From NCBI GenBank assembly GCA_032250835.1, contig JAVVEA010000001.1:448001-512000 (forward strand): a stretch of DNA of 64,000 nt, read 5' to 3'. The notes under the pieces were generated by a model. It was given only the letters and a program-made list of their open reading frames with translations. It ran no database searches and was not told the origin of the DNA. Shown here piece by piece: positions 50,247 to 59,773 of the stretch. Within the stretch, counting starts at the first letter, position 1; every line of letters starts with the position of its first letter. A program made the translations under genes and the position numbers. Source of the stretch: a bacterium (lineage in GTDB: Bacteria; SAR324; XYD2-FULL-50-16).

Positions 50247-51016
50247 TGGAAATCCAAGAGCCCGGCAACCTGCTTTCGGGCGAACGGCCCGATCGATTCC
50301 ACCCGGAATTGATCAAGATCGTCTTAGGCCTGTTGATCCTCTTGACCTTAGTCAGCCAGGGTCCCTGGGACCCGGACCCGATCAACCTACTTTGGCCTTC
50401 GGCGGGTTTGGAAAACTGGTTCGGCCTGCCCGGCGCCCTCTTTGCGGGCTTCTGGTGGCGTTTTTTTGGCGGCTCTAGCTTGATGTTGGTGCTTTTCCTG
50501 CTCTTTTCACAGAGCACCCGCGCTCGCTTTAGTGCCGCCTTTTTCGCCGCCCTGGTGCACTTCTTGTCCTTTTCCCTTTTGGTGGGTTTGGTATTTCCGC
50601 CGGGCCATCCCTTTTTAGAGCGAGCCGCCGGGCTTTACGGCCTGATCGGTAACCAAGCCTTTAGCCAGATGGGGTTCCGGTTTATGGCGGTCTTATTGTT
50701 GACCGCCTTCTTGATCAAGGCCTCTCTGGGTTATCGCCTCAAAGGGCATTTTTTGATTTTCCTGGCCCAAGGGGTGATGGGAGTGGTCGCTTTGTTGCTG
50801 CTGGCACGAGAAACTTTTCAGGGGCTCAGGCTTTTAAGCCCCAAACAATTGGGCGAGGCTTTAATGGCCGAAGAAGAACATGCCTTTGGCCGTAAAGCCA
50901 CGGCCTTCGAGCCTGCAGCACCCCCGGAGGGGCAGGCCTTGATGCGCCGTGCCAAGGAAGCAGCGCGCAGAAATGAGGCCCAATCGGCCCTGATAGATGA
51001 AGATGAGGAAATTTAA
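50246..51016 (+). CDS. Membrane protein resembling the FtsK 4TM N-terminal domain, without a motor domain
   Basis: DP...ENWFGLPGA..A....FFG and AGLYG match the FtsK_4TM pattern; ends after a short charged tail. Confidence 0.65.
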   Translation: MEIQEPGNLLSGERPDRFHPELIKIVLGLLILLTLVSQGPWDPDPINLLWPSAGLENWFGLPGALFAGFWWRFFGGSSLMLVLFLLFSQSTRARFSAAFFAALVHFLSFSLLVGLVFPPGHPFLERAAGLYGLIGNQAFSQMGFRFMAVLLLTAFLIKASLGYRLKGHFLIFLAQGVMGVVALLLLARETFQGLRLLSPKQLGEALMAEEEHAFGRKATAFEPAAPPEGQALMRRAKEAARRNEAQSALIDEDEEI

Positions 51017-51173
51017 ATCTTGACGGGCTGGGCTCAAGTTCGTTAGCCTTGCTGCGACTGATCCGATCTCCTGCCTGTATGATCGCGATTCCCAAAGCTA
51101 TCCCTATATCTATTCTCTTAGTACCCGGTTACCCGGGAAGCCACGCAGCAAAACCCTAGACCTGATTGTAACT

Positions 51174-52541
51174 GTGCCGCCGAAAACCGTCCCCGCCAGG
51201 AAAAGTGCCCCCAAAAAGTCGCCCCGTTCGATCATGAACGAAGCGAAAACCATCTCTCCGGACACCAAAAAGAAACTAACCGTTAATGGTGTTGAGCCGC
51301 TGATTCTTTCAGAACTCAAACGGATGGATATCAAAGCGCTGGAAAAGCTCGCCAAAGAATATGAGGTGGAAAACGCCACCAGCATGCTGCGCCAAGACCT
51401 GATCTTTGCGCTGCTCAACGCACAAACCGCCAAGGGCGGGGCGATCTATTCCCAAGGCGTCTTAGAGACCCTGCCCGACGGCTTCGGCTTTTTGCGCAGC
51501 CCGGACTTCAACTACATTCCGGGCCCTGACGATATTTACGTCAGCCCCAGCCAAATCCGCCGTTTTAACCTGCGCACCGGCGACACCATTGAGGGCCAGG
51601 TCCGCCCACCCAAAGATTCGGAGCGTTATTACGCTTTGCTGAAAGTCGAGAAGCTCAACTTTGAAGAGCCCGAATACAGCAAAGACAAGACCCTCTTCGA
51701 CAACCTCACCCCTCTTTACCCCGACGAAATCATCCGTTTAGAAACGCCCAAAGGCGACAAAACTTCGCGGATTATCGACATGTTCTGCCCTATCGGAAAG
51801 GGGCAGCGGGGCTTGATCGTGGCACCGCCGAAGGCCGGTAAAACCACGGTACTACAGAATATCGCCAACAGCATCACCGAAAATTACCCAGACATCTTTT
51901 TGATCGTGTTGCTCATCGATGAGCGGCCCGAGGAAGTGACGGACATGAAACGTTCGGTCAACGGTGAGGTGATCAGCTCCACCTTTGACGAGCCCGCGAC
52001 CCGGCACGTCCAAGTGGCTGAAATGGTTATCCAAAAGGCCAAGCGCTTGGTGGAGCACAAACATGACGTGGTGATCCTGCTCGACTCCATCACCCGCTTA
52101 GCCCGCGCCTACAACACCGTGATCCCGCCATCAGGCAAGATTCTTTCGGGTGGTGTGGACGCGAACGCGCTGCACAAACCCAAACGCTTTTTTGGTGCCG
52201 CGCGCAACATTGAAGATGGCGGCTCCTTGACCATCATGGCCACTGCTTTGATCGATACCGGCAGCCGGATGGACGAAGTGATCTTTGAAGAATTCAAAGG
52301 TACCGGCAACATGGAATTGGTGCTCGACCGCAAATTGGTCGAGAAACGCGTCTTCCCGGCCATCGACATCGACAAGTCTTCTACCCGTAAAGAAGAATTG
52401 CTGCTGCCCAACTTGGCGGATGTCTGGAAGCTTCGTCGCCTCTTGATGGCCACCAAGTCGCAAGAGAGCCTGGAATACCTGCTTGACAAAATGAATAAAT
52501 TCCCCTCAAATGATGAGCTTTTACGGATGGTTAATTCTTAA
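51174..52541 (+). CDS. rho: Transcription termination factor Rho
   Basis: [47 protein letters not shown]; start GTG 51174 or ATG 51234. Confidence 0.98.
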   Translation: MPPKTVPARKSAPKKSPRSIMNEAKTISPDTKKKLTVNGVEPLILSELKRMDIKALEKLAKEYEVENATSMLRQDLIFALLNAQTAKGGAIYSQGVLETLPDGFGFLRSPDFNYIPGPDDIYVSPSQIRRFNLRTGDTIEGQVRPPKDSERYYALLKVEKLNFEEPEYSKDKTLFDNLTPLYPDEIIRLETPKGDKTSRIIDMFCPIGKGQRGLIVAPPKAGKTTVLQNIANSITENYPDIFLIVLLIDERPEEVTDMKRSVNGEVISSTFDEPATRHVQVAEMVIQKAKRLVEHKHDVVILLDSITRLARAYNTVIPPSGKILSGGVDANALHKPKRFFGAARNIEDGGSLTIMATALIDTGSRMDEVIFEEFKGTGNMELVLDRKLVEKRVFPAIDIDKSSTRKEELLLPNLADVWKLRRLLMATKSQESLEYLLDKMNKFPSNDELLRMVNS

Positions 52542-52613
52542 CCTTCCAACACCAGCGGTTCGTTGACCTCCCGGCACGGTGCCTGGGTGAACTCGTGACC
52601 CTTTAGGAGCCCT

Positions 52614-52835
52614 ATGAAAGCGGATATCCATCCCAAGTATATTGACACCACTTACTCTTGCGCTTGCGGTGCTGAGTTTGTCATCCCTTCAACGACTGGC
52701 GGCATTGTCAAAGTGGACGTTTGCTCACAGTGCCACCCGCTTTACACGGGCAAAGAAAAGATGGTTGACCGCGAAGGCCGCATCGACCGCTTCAAGAAGA
52801 AGTACGAAAACTTCACTCCCGGCGGGAAAAAGTAG
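52614..52835 (+). CDS. rpmE: 50S ribosomal protein L31 (Zn-binding type A)
   Basis: MKADIHPKY, CACG, CSQCHPLYTG, GRIDRF. Confidence 0.98.
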   Translation: MKADIHPKYIDTTYSCACGAEFVIPSTTGGIVKVDVCSQCHPLYTGKEKMVDREGRIDRFKKKYENFTPGGKK

Positions 52836-52892
52836 AAATCCCATTGCAGGGGCCGCGCCCGCGGCCTCTGGGATATCTCCTTTAGCCCATCT

Positions 52893-53969
52893 ATGCTCGA
52901 AAAACTCGCCAAAATCGCCGACCGCTATGAGGAAGTCACCGCACTTCTGAGCCACCCGGATACCGCCAACAACAGCAAAAAGCTACAGGAGCTCTCTAAG
53001 GAGCAGTCCAAGCTCATGCCGCTCTTTGATCTCTTCACTCGTCTGCAACGCGCCCATGATGACCTAGAAGGGAATCAGGCGATCTTGGCCGATACCAACG
53101 AAGACGCCGAGATGAAGGAGATGGCCAAGGCCGAGTTGTCGCAATTAAAGACCCAAGTAAGTGAGTTGGAGAAGGAAGCGCAGTTGATGCTGCTACCCAA
53201 AGACCCGGACGACGACAAAAACGTGATCCTAGAAATCCGCGCCGGTACGGGCGGGGACGAAGCGGGCATTTTTGCTGGGGATCTGTTCCGGATGTACCAA
53301 AAATTCGCCGAGATCAACCGGTGGAAACTGGAAGTGATCGACTCGAACCCCGCCACCCAGGGGGGCTTTAAAGAAATCACGGCCACCATCGAGGGGCACA
53401 ACGTCTTCGCCCGCATGAAGTTTGAAGCAGGCACCCACCGAGTCCAGCGGGTTCCGGCCACCGAAACCCAAGGCCGTATCCATACCTCTGCCTGCACCGT
53501 GGCCATCTTGCCCGAGGCCCAAGAGGTGGATGTTCAGATAGATGCAGGGGACTTGAGGATTGACACCTACCGCGCCTCAGGGGCCGGTGGACAGCATGTC
53601 AACAAAACCGAATCGGCGATCCGCATCACCCACGTCCCCACCGGGATTGTGGTGCAATGCCAGGATGAACGAAGCCAGATAAAGAACCGCGCCCGTGCGA
53701 TGAAGCACCTCCAGGCTAAGCTGTACGAACAGCAAGCCGAAGCCCAGAACAGCGAATTGGCGGCGCTGCGTAAAAACATGGTCGGCTCTGGGGACCGCTC
53801 GGAGCGCATCCGCACCTACAACTACCCCCAAGGCCGGATCACCGACCACCGCATCGGGTTTACGCTCTATCGCCTCGAAGAGGTGATGAATTCCGGTGAC
53901 CTCGACGAAGTGGTTGATGCCTTAGCAGCAGACCAACAGGCCGACTTACTCAAGTCGACGACCAACTAA
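52893..53969 (+). CDS. prfA: Peptide chain release factor 1
   Basis: [14 protein letters not shown] (PxT motif), [17 protein letters not shown]. Confidence 0.98.
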   Translation: MLEKLAKIADRYEEVTALLSHPDTANNSKKLQELSKEQSKLMPLFDLFTRLQRAHDDLEGNQAILADTNEDAEMKEMAKAELSQLKTQVSELEKEAQLMLLPKDPDDDKNVILEIRAGTGGDEAGIFAGDLFRMYQKFAEINRWKLEVIDSNPATQGGFKEITATIEGHNVFARMKFEAGTHRVQRVPATETQGRIHTSACTVAILPEAQEVDVQIDAGDLRIDTYRASGAGGQHVNKTESAIRITHVPTGIVVQCQDERSQIKNRARAMKHLQAKLYEQQAEAQNSELAALRKNMVGSGDRSERIRTYNYPQGRITDHRIGFTLYRLEEVMNSGDLDEVVDALAADQQADLLKSTTN

Positions 53970-53973
53970 CCCC

Positions 53974-54818
53974 CTAAAACAACAGGCCCGCCGAAAGGTG
54001 CCCGCCTGTCTCTAGGTCGTTATCATCGGCCGGGGCCCGCTCATAGCGGGCCCCGGTAGAGAACTTTTCGGCGGGCATCCAACTGAGCCCGAAGGCCGCC
54101 AACTGATCACCCACCACCGCATACTGATGGCCCCTATCTGACTGAGTAAACAAGGTCTAGAACAGTTCACTGGTGTAAAACTCCCAGGAGATTCGGTTAC
54201 GCTGGTCCCCATATTGCTGGATGCCAGAGCCATCAACGGGGTCATCTTTGCGTAGTTCCGAATACTCGGCACGGAAGGATTTGGGCTGGTAAACCGCCAG
54301 ACCCAAAAAGTTTTCTTCCCATTTATAGTCATCAACAAAGCGGGCCTCGCGGCTATATCCCAGATAAAACCAGTTCCCTAAGCGTAGGCTTAGACCCGCT
54401 CCGGTACCGGTCTGTTTGACCGGATACCCAAGGGCATCGCCCCAAAGTCCCAAGGAAACCGTCTTTTCGATCACCTAGGCAAGTGATTCCCTTTTTGTAA
54501 AGCTAGTGCTGTTGCTAAAGGTAGCGGCGCTAACCTCATGCCCTTTTTCGGTCACCTCACCCCCGAACCTTCTAGACGCAAATCCTTCCAAAAGAGCGTC
54601 GCCAAAAACTCGTTGGTCTTGCGGCTGTTCTCAAAGGTCAAAGTGCCTGAACTGTTATAAGTCGAGCCGTCGTGGTTACTAGCGGCCAGTTGTAGCGTCA
54701 TGGCTGCACGCCAACCAATGGCCGGAGCAGCCCAGAGGGGCTCCGAAGGGTCCAAAGAAGGGGTGGCTACCTGAGCCTTAAGGCTAGGCACCAAAAAGGG
54801 AGTTAGTACCGCCCCCAT
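53974..54818 (-). pseudogene. Disrupted outer-membrane beta-barrel gene
   Basis: One frameshift at a G5 run (54560-54564) and in-frame TAGs at 54477-54475 and 54159-54157; the restored frame ends ...GGHLSAGLLF with TAG at 53974. Confidence 0.72.
54030..54056. terminator. Perfect 12-bp hairpin downstream of prfA
   Basis: CCGGGGCCCGCT-cat-AGCGGGCCCCGG; no U-tract. Confidence 0.4.
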
Positions 54819-54995
54819 AAACCAACCTTTGGTCCTAACAGTCCTTTAAAAACTACGCTAGATCCGGTACCGACTTCAGACAAAACAACCTCCATTCCTA
54901 CCCAAGTGAGGGGCTTCAAGGAGCCAAAAAACTTGGCTTTTATTTTGGGACTCAGACCGCTATGCTGGTGCAAACCTTTTTTGAGCGGAGTCTTG

Positions 54996-56039
54996 ATGTC
55001 TGATTTCCTGCCCCACTTGATCCGTCAAGTCCAAGCAAACTGCGACCGCGCCGATGCGCGCAGCGCGCAACAGTTCACGCTCTGTACTTACCTCCTAAAG
55101 ATGCGCGAGTTTTATCGCTGGCGGCAAGGTTTAGGGTTTTCCGCAACGCTACAAAAGCGAGAGCTGAACCATTGGATTGTAGACCACGAAGAGCTTTGGG
55201 AAGATTTGGAGGAACAGGAATTTGAACCGATCTCCATCCAGGGCAAACGCTTTGATCCCTATGACCAAGAAGCCCTAGGCGGCTTGTTGGCCGCCGAAGG
55301 GTTTGTGTACAACGGCGGCCTCGGGGCAAAGTCTTGGCCCCACTTCTTCTTGGCCGAATTAGAACGCGAAGAAACCATCGACGGCGTAGCTTGTTTGGTA
55401 GCGGGCAAGGAATTGGCCCGAGGGATGGTCGCTCCGCCTGCATTCAAACAGGGCGAGAGGATCTACCTACGCCGCGACACGCTACGCTTTTGGGTGCATG
55501 CCAAGGTCGAAGAATGGCAGTTTAAGAAACGCGACAACCCCATGGCCCGCGCCCTATTGGGCTTTAATTTAGAGTCGGCCTTAGACGAAAGCGTCGAAAA
55601 TCTAACGGAGCGGATTTTACCCTGGGTTTTGCGGCATGAGTTGGGAGAAGTCGAGATGGGCCGGCGGCTGGGCCCCGCCTGGGGAGAGATGTTAAGTGAT
55701 CTGGGCCGCAGCCCTACCGAGCTGGTCGCCCGGACTGCCCGAGACCTGGCCGCAGACAGCCTCTGTGTGTTGCCCCAACTGATTGAGAGCGGTGATAACG
55801 TCGCGCTACACTGGTACTTCGGCAACCACCAAGGCATGCCCACCACCCTTTGGCCGGGCCTACAAGCGGCCTATGAGGAGTTTAAGCTCAAAGGGGAACT
55901 GCAAGGGCTAGCGAACGAAGCCGCCTCAGGAGCCCAGAGATGGCCGCAGCTTTGCCAAAAAATCCTGGCCAGCCATCAGTCCCAAGACCCCTGGAAGGAG
56001 CCCGAGTTGGCGGCGGCCTTGAAGCTCAGTTTGCCCTAA
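54996..56039 (+). CDS. Conserved hypothetical protein (Sfum_1244-like)
   Basis: QVQANC..ADA..FTLCTYLLKMREFYRW, HFFLA, ELARG..APPA, HELGE, RDLAAD; family recalled from memory; start ATG 54996. Confidence 0.7.
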   Translation: MSDFLPHLIRQVQANCDRADARSAQQFTLCTYLLKMREFYRWRQGLGFSATLQKRELNHWIVDHEELWEDLEEQEFEPISIQGKRFDPYDQEALGGLLAAEGFVYNGGLGAKSWPHFFLAELEREETIDGVACLVAGKELARGMVAPPAFKQGERIYLRRDTLRFWVHAKVEEWQFKKRDNPMARALLGFNLESALDESVENLTERILPWVLRHELGEVEMGRRLGPAWGEMLSDLGRSPTELVARTARDLAADSLCVLPQLIESGDNVALHWYFGNHQGMPTTLWPGLQAAYEEFKLKGELQGLANEAASGAQRWPQLCQKILASHQSQDPWKEPELAAALKLSLP

Positions 56040-57304
56040 TTTAAGACCACCACGCGGTTGCGCCCCTGGGCCTTAGCCTCATACAACGCCATGTCCGCTT
56101 GGCTCAGCAGTTGTTCCAAGTTATCATGGTTGCCTTGCATCCCCACCAAGCCAATACTTACGGTGACCCCAACCTGTTCGTAGCTGCCCTCTAAACGAGC
56201 CGATTCCACAGACGAACGGATTCGTTCGGCCAAAATATGGGCTGATTCGGTCGAGGTTTCGGGCAAGACAATGCCAAACTCCTCTCCGCCCAAACGCCCC
56301 ACTAGGTCTGCATCGCGCACCAGCTGTTTGCAGGTGCCAGCAAATAGTTGCAACACCTTATCCCCAGCTTGATGGCCGAATTGGTCGTTGATCTTCTTAA
56401 AGTGGTCCAAGTCGAGCATCAGCGCTGAAAGAGGCCGCTGATATCGCTGCACCACGGTGATCAACTGCTCGGCGCGTCCAAAAAAATGACGGCGGTTATA
56501 AAGCCCCGTTAAGTCATCGGTAGTGGCCAAACGCAAGAGCTCGTCTTCCATCTGTTTGCGCTGGGAGATGTCCCGCGCCACCCCTTCGACCCATTTAGGC
56601 CGCCCCGCTGGGTCGAGGCGAACGGCTGCATTGGTAGAGACCCAAATCGCTCGTCCCGATTTGTGGCGCAAAGCGGCCTCAACTTGTTTGGCCCGTCCCC
56701 CGCCGTCAACAATCGCTTGAGCAATTTTGGCCCGTTGCTCTGGGTCATGGTAGAAATCAGCCATCGGCTTGCCGATCATTTCTTCAGGTCGGTATCCGAT
56801 GGCTTCAAAACAGGCCGGCGAGATCATGACGATTCGACCTTCCATATCGGTACGGTAAAAGACGTCCGGCAATTGGTCTAAGATGGTCTTTAGTTCTTGT
56901 TGGGACTGGGCCAGTAGCGCGAAGGCTTGCTTTTGTTCGGTGATGTCTTTAACGCTGCCAACGGTGATGGCTTCTCCATCGGGACCTTGGCTGAGGCCCA
57001 CACTCAAGAGCACATCAACCCAGCTCCCGTCAGAACGTAGCGCCCGGACTTCGTAATCCACAGGAACCGGAAGGCCTTGGAGGCGAGCCTCGTAACGTTC
57101 TTGGACTAGGCTTAAGTCGGCGGGGTAAACTAGATCCGTGAAGGACCGGCCTTGTAATTCTTGGGGCTCGTAGCCTAAAAGTCGGCTTAGGAATTGGTTG
57201 CTGTACACCACTTTCCCGTCGACCAGCGCGAACAGGCCTTCTTGCAACCGGTCCACCAGGATCTTGTAGTTGCCGCCTTCAAGCCACTGGTTGTAATTGG
57301 TCAT
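56036..57304 (-). CDS. PAS-PAS-GGDEF diguanylate cyclase
   Basis: Two PAS/PAC domains; TDDLTGLYNRR; RDAD I-site; RLGGEEF. Confidence 0.95.
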   Translation of the reverse strand: MTNYNQWLEGGNYKILVDRLQEGLFALVDGKVVYSNQFLSRLLGYEPQELQGRSFTDLVYPADLSLVQERYEARLQGLPVPVDYEVRALRSDGSWVDVLLSVGLSQGPDGEAITVGSVKDITEQKQAFALLAQSQQELKTILDQLPDVFYRTDMEGRIVMISPACFEAIGYRPEEMIGKPMADFYHDPEQRAKIAQAIVDGGGRAKQVEAALRHKSGRAIWVSTNAAVRLDPAGRPKWVEGVARDISQRKQMEDELLRLATTDDLTGLYNRRHFFGRAEQLITVVQRYQRPLSALMLDLDHFKKINDQFGHQAGDKVLQLFAGTCKQLVRDADLVGRLGGEEFGIVLPETSTESAHILAERIRSSVESARLEGSYEQVGVTVSIGLVGMQGNHDNLEQLLSQADMALYEAKAQGRNRVVVLN

Positions 57305-57393
57305 CTGCCCCCTTCATTGGTATTGATTTGGGCTAGTATAGGTCCATCATAGGGAACAGGGGAAGCGGACAATAACATTTCTTTTGGAAAAAA

Positions 57394-57780
57394 TTAGTTG
57401 TCCGAAAGGACCTTTTCGATCTTTTCGCCCAACAAAAAGGAGTCGAAGGGCTTGAGGATGTAGCCGGTAACCCCTTCTTTTGCGGCTTCGATGATGTTAT
57501 CTTTGGTCGCTTCGGAGGTGATCATCACTACCGGCAGGGTCTTATATTTGTCCTGGGACCGGATCTCCCTCAAAAGGCTGATACCCGTCATCTTGGGCAT
57601 CTGCCAGTCCAGCAAAACCAGATCGATCCCCTGACTTTCTAAAACCTTTAAAGCCTCTTCGCCGTTCTCTGCCTCAAAAAAGTTTTTAAAGTAGAGTTCT
57701 TCTAAGGTCTGCCGGACTAAGTGCCGCATTGGAGCGGAGTCGTCGACAATCAAAATATGGATTTCGCGGTCCGTAGCCAT
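57394..57780 (-). CDS. cheY: CheY-like single-domain response regulator
   Basis: ILIVDDS, LLDWQMPKMTG, MITSE, YILKPF. Confidence 0.88.
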   Translation of the reverse strand: MATDREIHILIVDDSAPMRHLVRQTLEELYFKNFFEAENGEEALKVLESQGIDLVLLDWQMPKMTGISLLREIRSQDKYKTLPVVMITSEATKDNIIEAAKEGVTGYILKPFDSFLLGEKIEKVLSDN

Positions 57781-59558
57781 TAAAGGTCCTCGTCAGGTTC
57801 TTCGACTGAAGCTTCCAGGCCCGTGGGCCGGTGGAATCCATCCAGTTTGGTTTTGTTTAGTTCTTCGCGGTCCTCAAAGTCCCGTTTGACTTCATTGAAA
57901 ACCCCCGTAAAATGGGACTTTTCAGCCCCTTCCATGTCCTTGAACTTATCATCTTTAAGACGAATAAAAAAGTTCAAATAGTTGCTCGCCGAGCTTTGAT
58001 TGCCTTGATAAAGCGCTACCTGGAACAACAAACGGGCCGCTTTGAGGCTTAAGAGATTGTCCCTAGTCGAAAGCATCAGGTCTCGAGCCATCCGCTCAGC
58101 ATCCATCAAATAACGCTCGGCCTCAGAATTTTGGCCGCCTTGCATCAACTGCTCGGCTAGGGTGAGGCTGCAATCGACCTTAAGCCAAACATTGGCCTCT
58201 TCGGGCTTAAAGCGCTGGATCATGTCGATACTGTGCATGGCCAACTCAAAGGCGGTCTGCACATGCGCCAGCCCCGGCAGGATCAAGTCGCGTTCTTCTT
58301 CAATCAAACGATACTCCGCCTTGCGCCGTTCCTTACCTTCAGACCAAAGCCGCAAAAACTCGCGGTTGCTGAATACGGTGGGGATGCGCGCCGCCTCTTT
58401 GGGCCGGAACATTTCCTTTTGGGTAGAGGCAAAATAACATTCCGGGCAGATATGCACCTTGATCCGGCTATAGTCCAAGGCATCATCCTTTTCGGTCATG
58501 GGCCCCAGGTAATAGGGCACGCCAAAGAGGTTGGTGCGGGACTTTTGAGACTTAGGGCGCAACCGGTAAACCCGCACCGGTTGCTCTGAGTCACAGGCGT
58601 AACAGCCCTGTTCCCGAAACAGCAGCGCGTTAGACTCAGGGTGCGGCAACCAGCGGTCTTCGGATTTAGATAGGCTCGAGCCCGCCGTGCCGTCTCCAAA
58701 GCTGGCTACTTTAGCCAAGCCTTTGCGCTTCTGCCGCCAACTGATCCCGCGCTTGCACCAGACCAAAGCCCGCTCTTCCAATAAAATGGGGAGATTGCAG
58801 GCCCGTACGTAATCGCCGATGAACAGAACTTCTTTATTGGCTAGGTCGTCATTGAGCGACAAAACACGCAGGACCTCAAAAAAGATCAAATAGATGGTTT
58901 CGAAGTCCAAATTAGGCGGGGACAGCAAGGAGGGGCGCAGGCGGTTCTTCACAAAACCCACCAACCGCCTTTTCTCTACTGCGTCGTCCACAAAGTTCAA
59001 GGCGGTACGCAATAATTTCAGTTCCAGGTCGTCTACAATCCCGTCGATCATCACCGCACCAATCAAGACCTCGGCGTACCAGATCTTTTGGGCTACATCC
59101 ATGCGGTGCAGCGGCACCCGGCTGTTGGTCAGTTCTACTTCCCGGGGCAGTAGGAGCTTTTGGTCTTCTTGCCAACGCAATCCCTCTTGGGCCCATTGCA
59201 GCGTACGGGTGCGGTAGGCCCGAGAAAAGTCAAAGAGTGCGGCCAGTTCGTCTAAAAAGGCCTTCTCTTCATCGGCCAAGTCCCAGTCACAGATCGCAAA
59301 GTTGACCAGCTCCAAATAGATTTCGGGCAAGATACTACGGTCAATGTCTTCAGGAAGGGTGAGGGGGTCGGCCTGATTGTTTTCCAGTTTGCGGATCAGT
59401 TGGGTCTTGTCGCCCAGATTTTTCATAAGCGACAAAAGCCGCTGAAAATTCTCGAATTCGCTCAGAGCAATCCGCCCATCTGCCCAAATGGCATGGATCG
59501 CCATATTGGCAAACCAGGTTTGGTGGGCCGGGCTTAACGCCTTCATTAAGGATTCCAT
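57780..59558 (-). CDS. Tandem TerB-like domains fused to a DUF2225-like Zn-binding/helical domain
   Basis: Two repeats (ADG.I...E / DWDLADEE..FL and IDG.VD..E / .DDLANKE); CYAC...ICPECYFAS; 1-nt overlap with cheY. Confidence 0.7.
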   Translation of the reverse strand: MESLMKALSPAHQTWFANMAIHAIWADGRIALSEFENFQRLLSLMKNLGDKTQLIRKLENNQADPLTLPEDIDRSILPEIYLELVNFAICDWDLADEEKAFLDELAALFDFSRAYRTRTLQWAQEGLRWQEDQKLLLPREVELTNSRVPLHRMDVAQKIWYAEVLIGAVMIDGIVDDLELKLLRTALNFVDDAVEKRRLVGFVKNRLRPSLLSPPNLDFETIYLIFFEVLRVLSLNDDLANKEVLFIGDYVRACNLPILLEERALVWCKRGISWRQKRKGLAKVASFGDGTAGSSLSKSEDRWLPHPESNALLFREQGCYACDSEQPVRVYRLRPKSQKSRTNLFGVPYYLGPMTEKDDALDYSRIKVHICPECYFASTQKEMFRPKEAARIPTVFSNREFLRLWSEGKERRKAEYRLIEEERDLILPGLAHVQTAFELAMHSIDMIQRFKPEEANVWLKVDCSLTLAEQLMQGGQNSEAERYLMDAERMARDLMLSTRDNLLSLKAARLLFQVALYQGNQSSASNYLNFFIRLKDDKFKDMEGAEKSHFTGVFNEVKRDFEDREELNKTKLDGFHRPTGLEASVEEPDEDL

Positions 59559-59773
59559 CAAAGCTCCAAAGTAGAGAAATCGAGCATAAACCGCCTAGAC
59601 CATGCCCCAAGCGGATCGTTTCAATTTAACGTGGAAAAGACAAAGGGGCAACCGCTTTAGTGGACCGTTTTTTGGGGTGCTCACCCTAGCTGAACCTTCG
59701 GCTTATGGTTCTTTGCAGAAGTTTGTTATCCTTCATCTAGCGACCTGTTGTTTTCATCTGCTGAGGGACCCTG

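Noticed and set aside
53974-54480. Amber (TAG) recoding suggested by in-frame TAGs next to prfA
   Set aside because: RF1 is intact, many good genes here end in TAG, and the same gene also has a frameshift; pseudogenisation is simpler.
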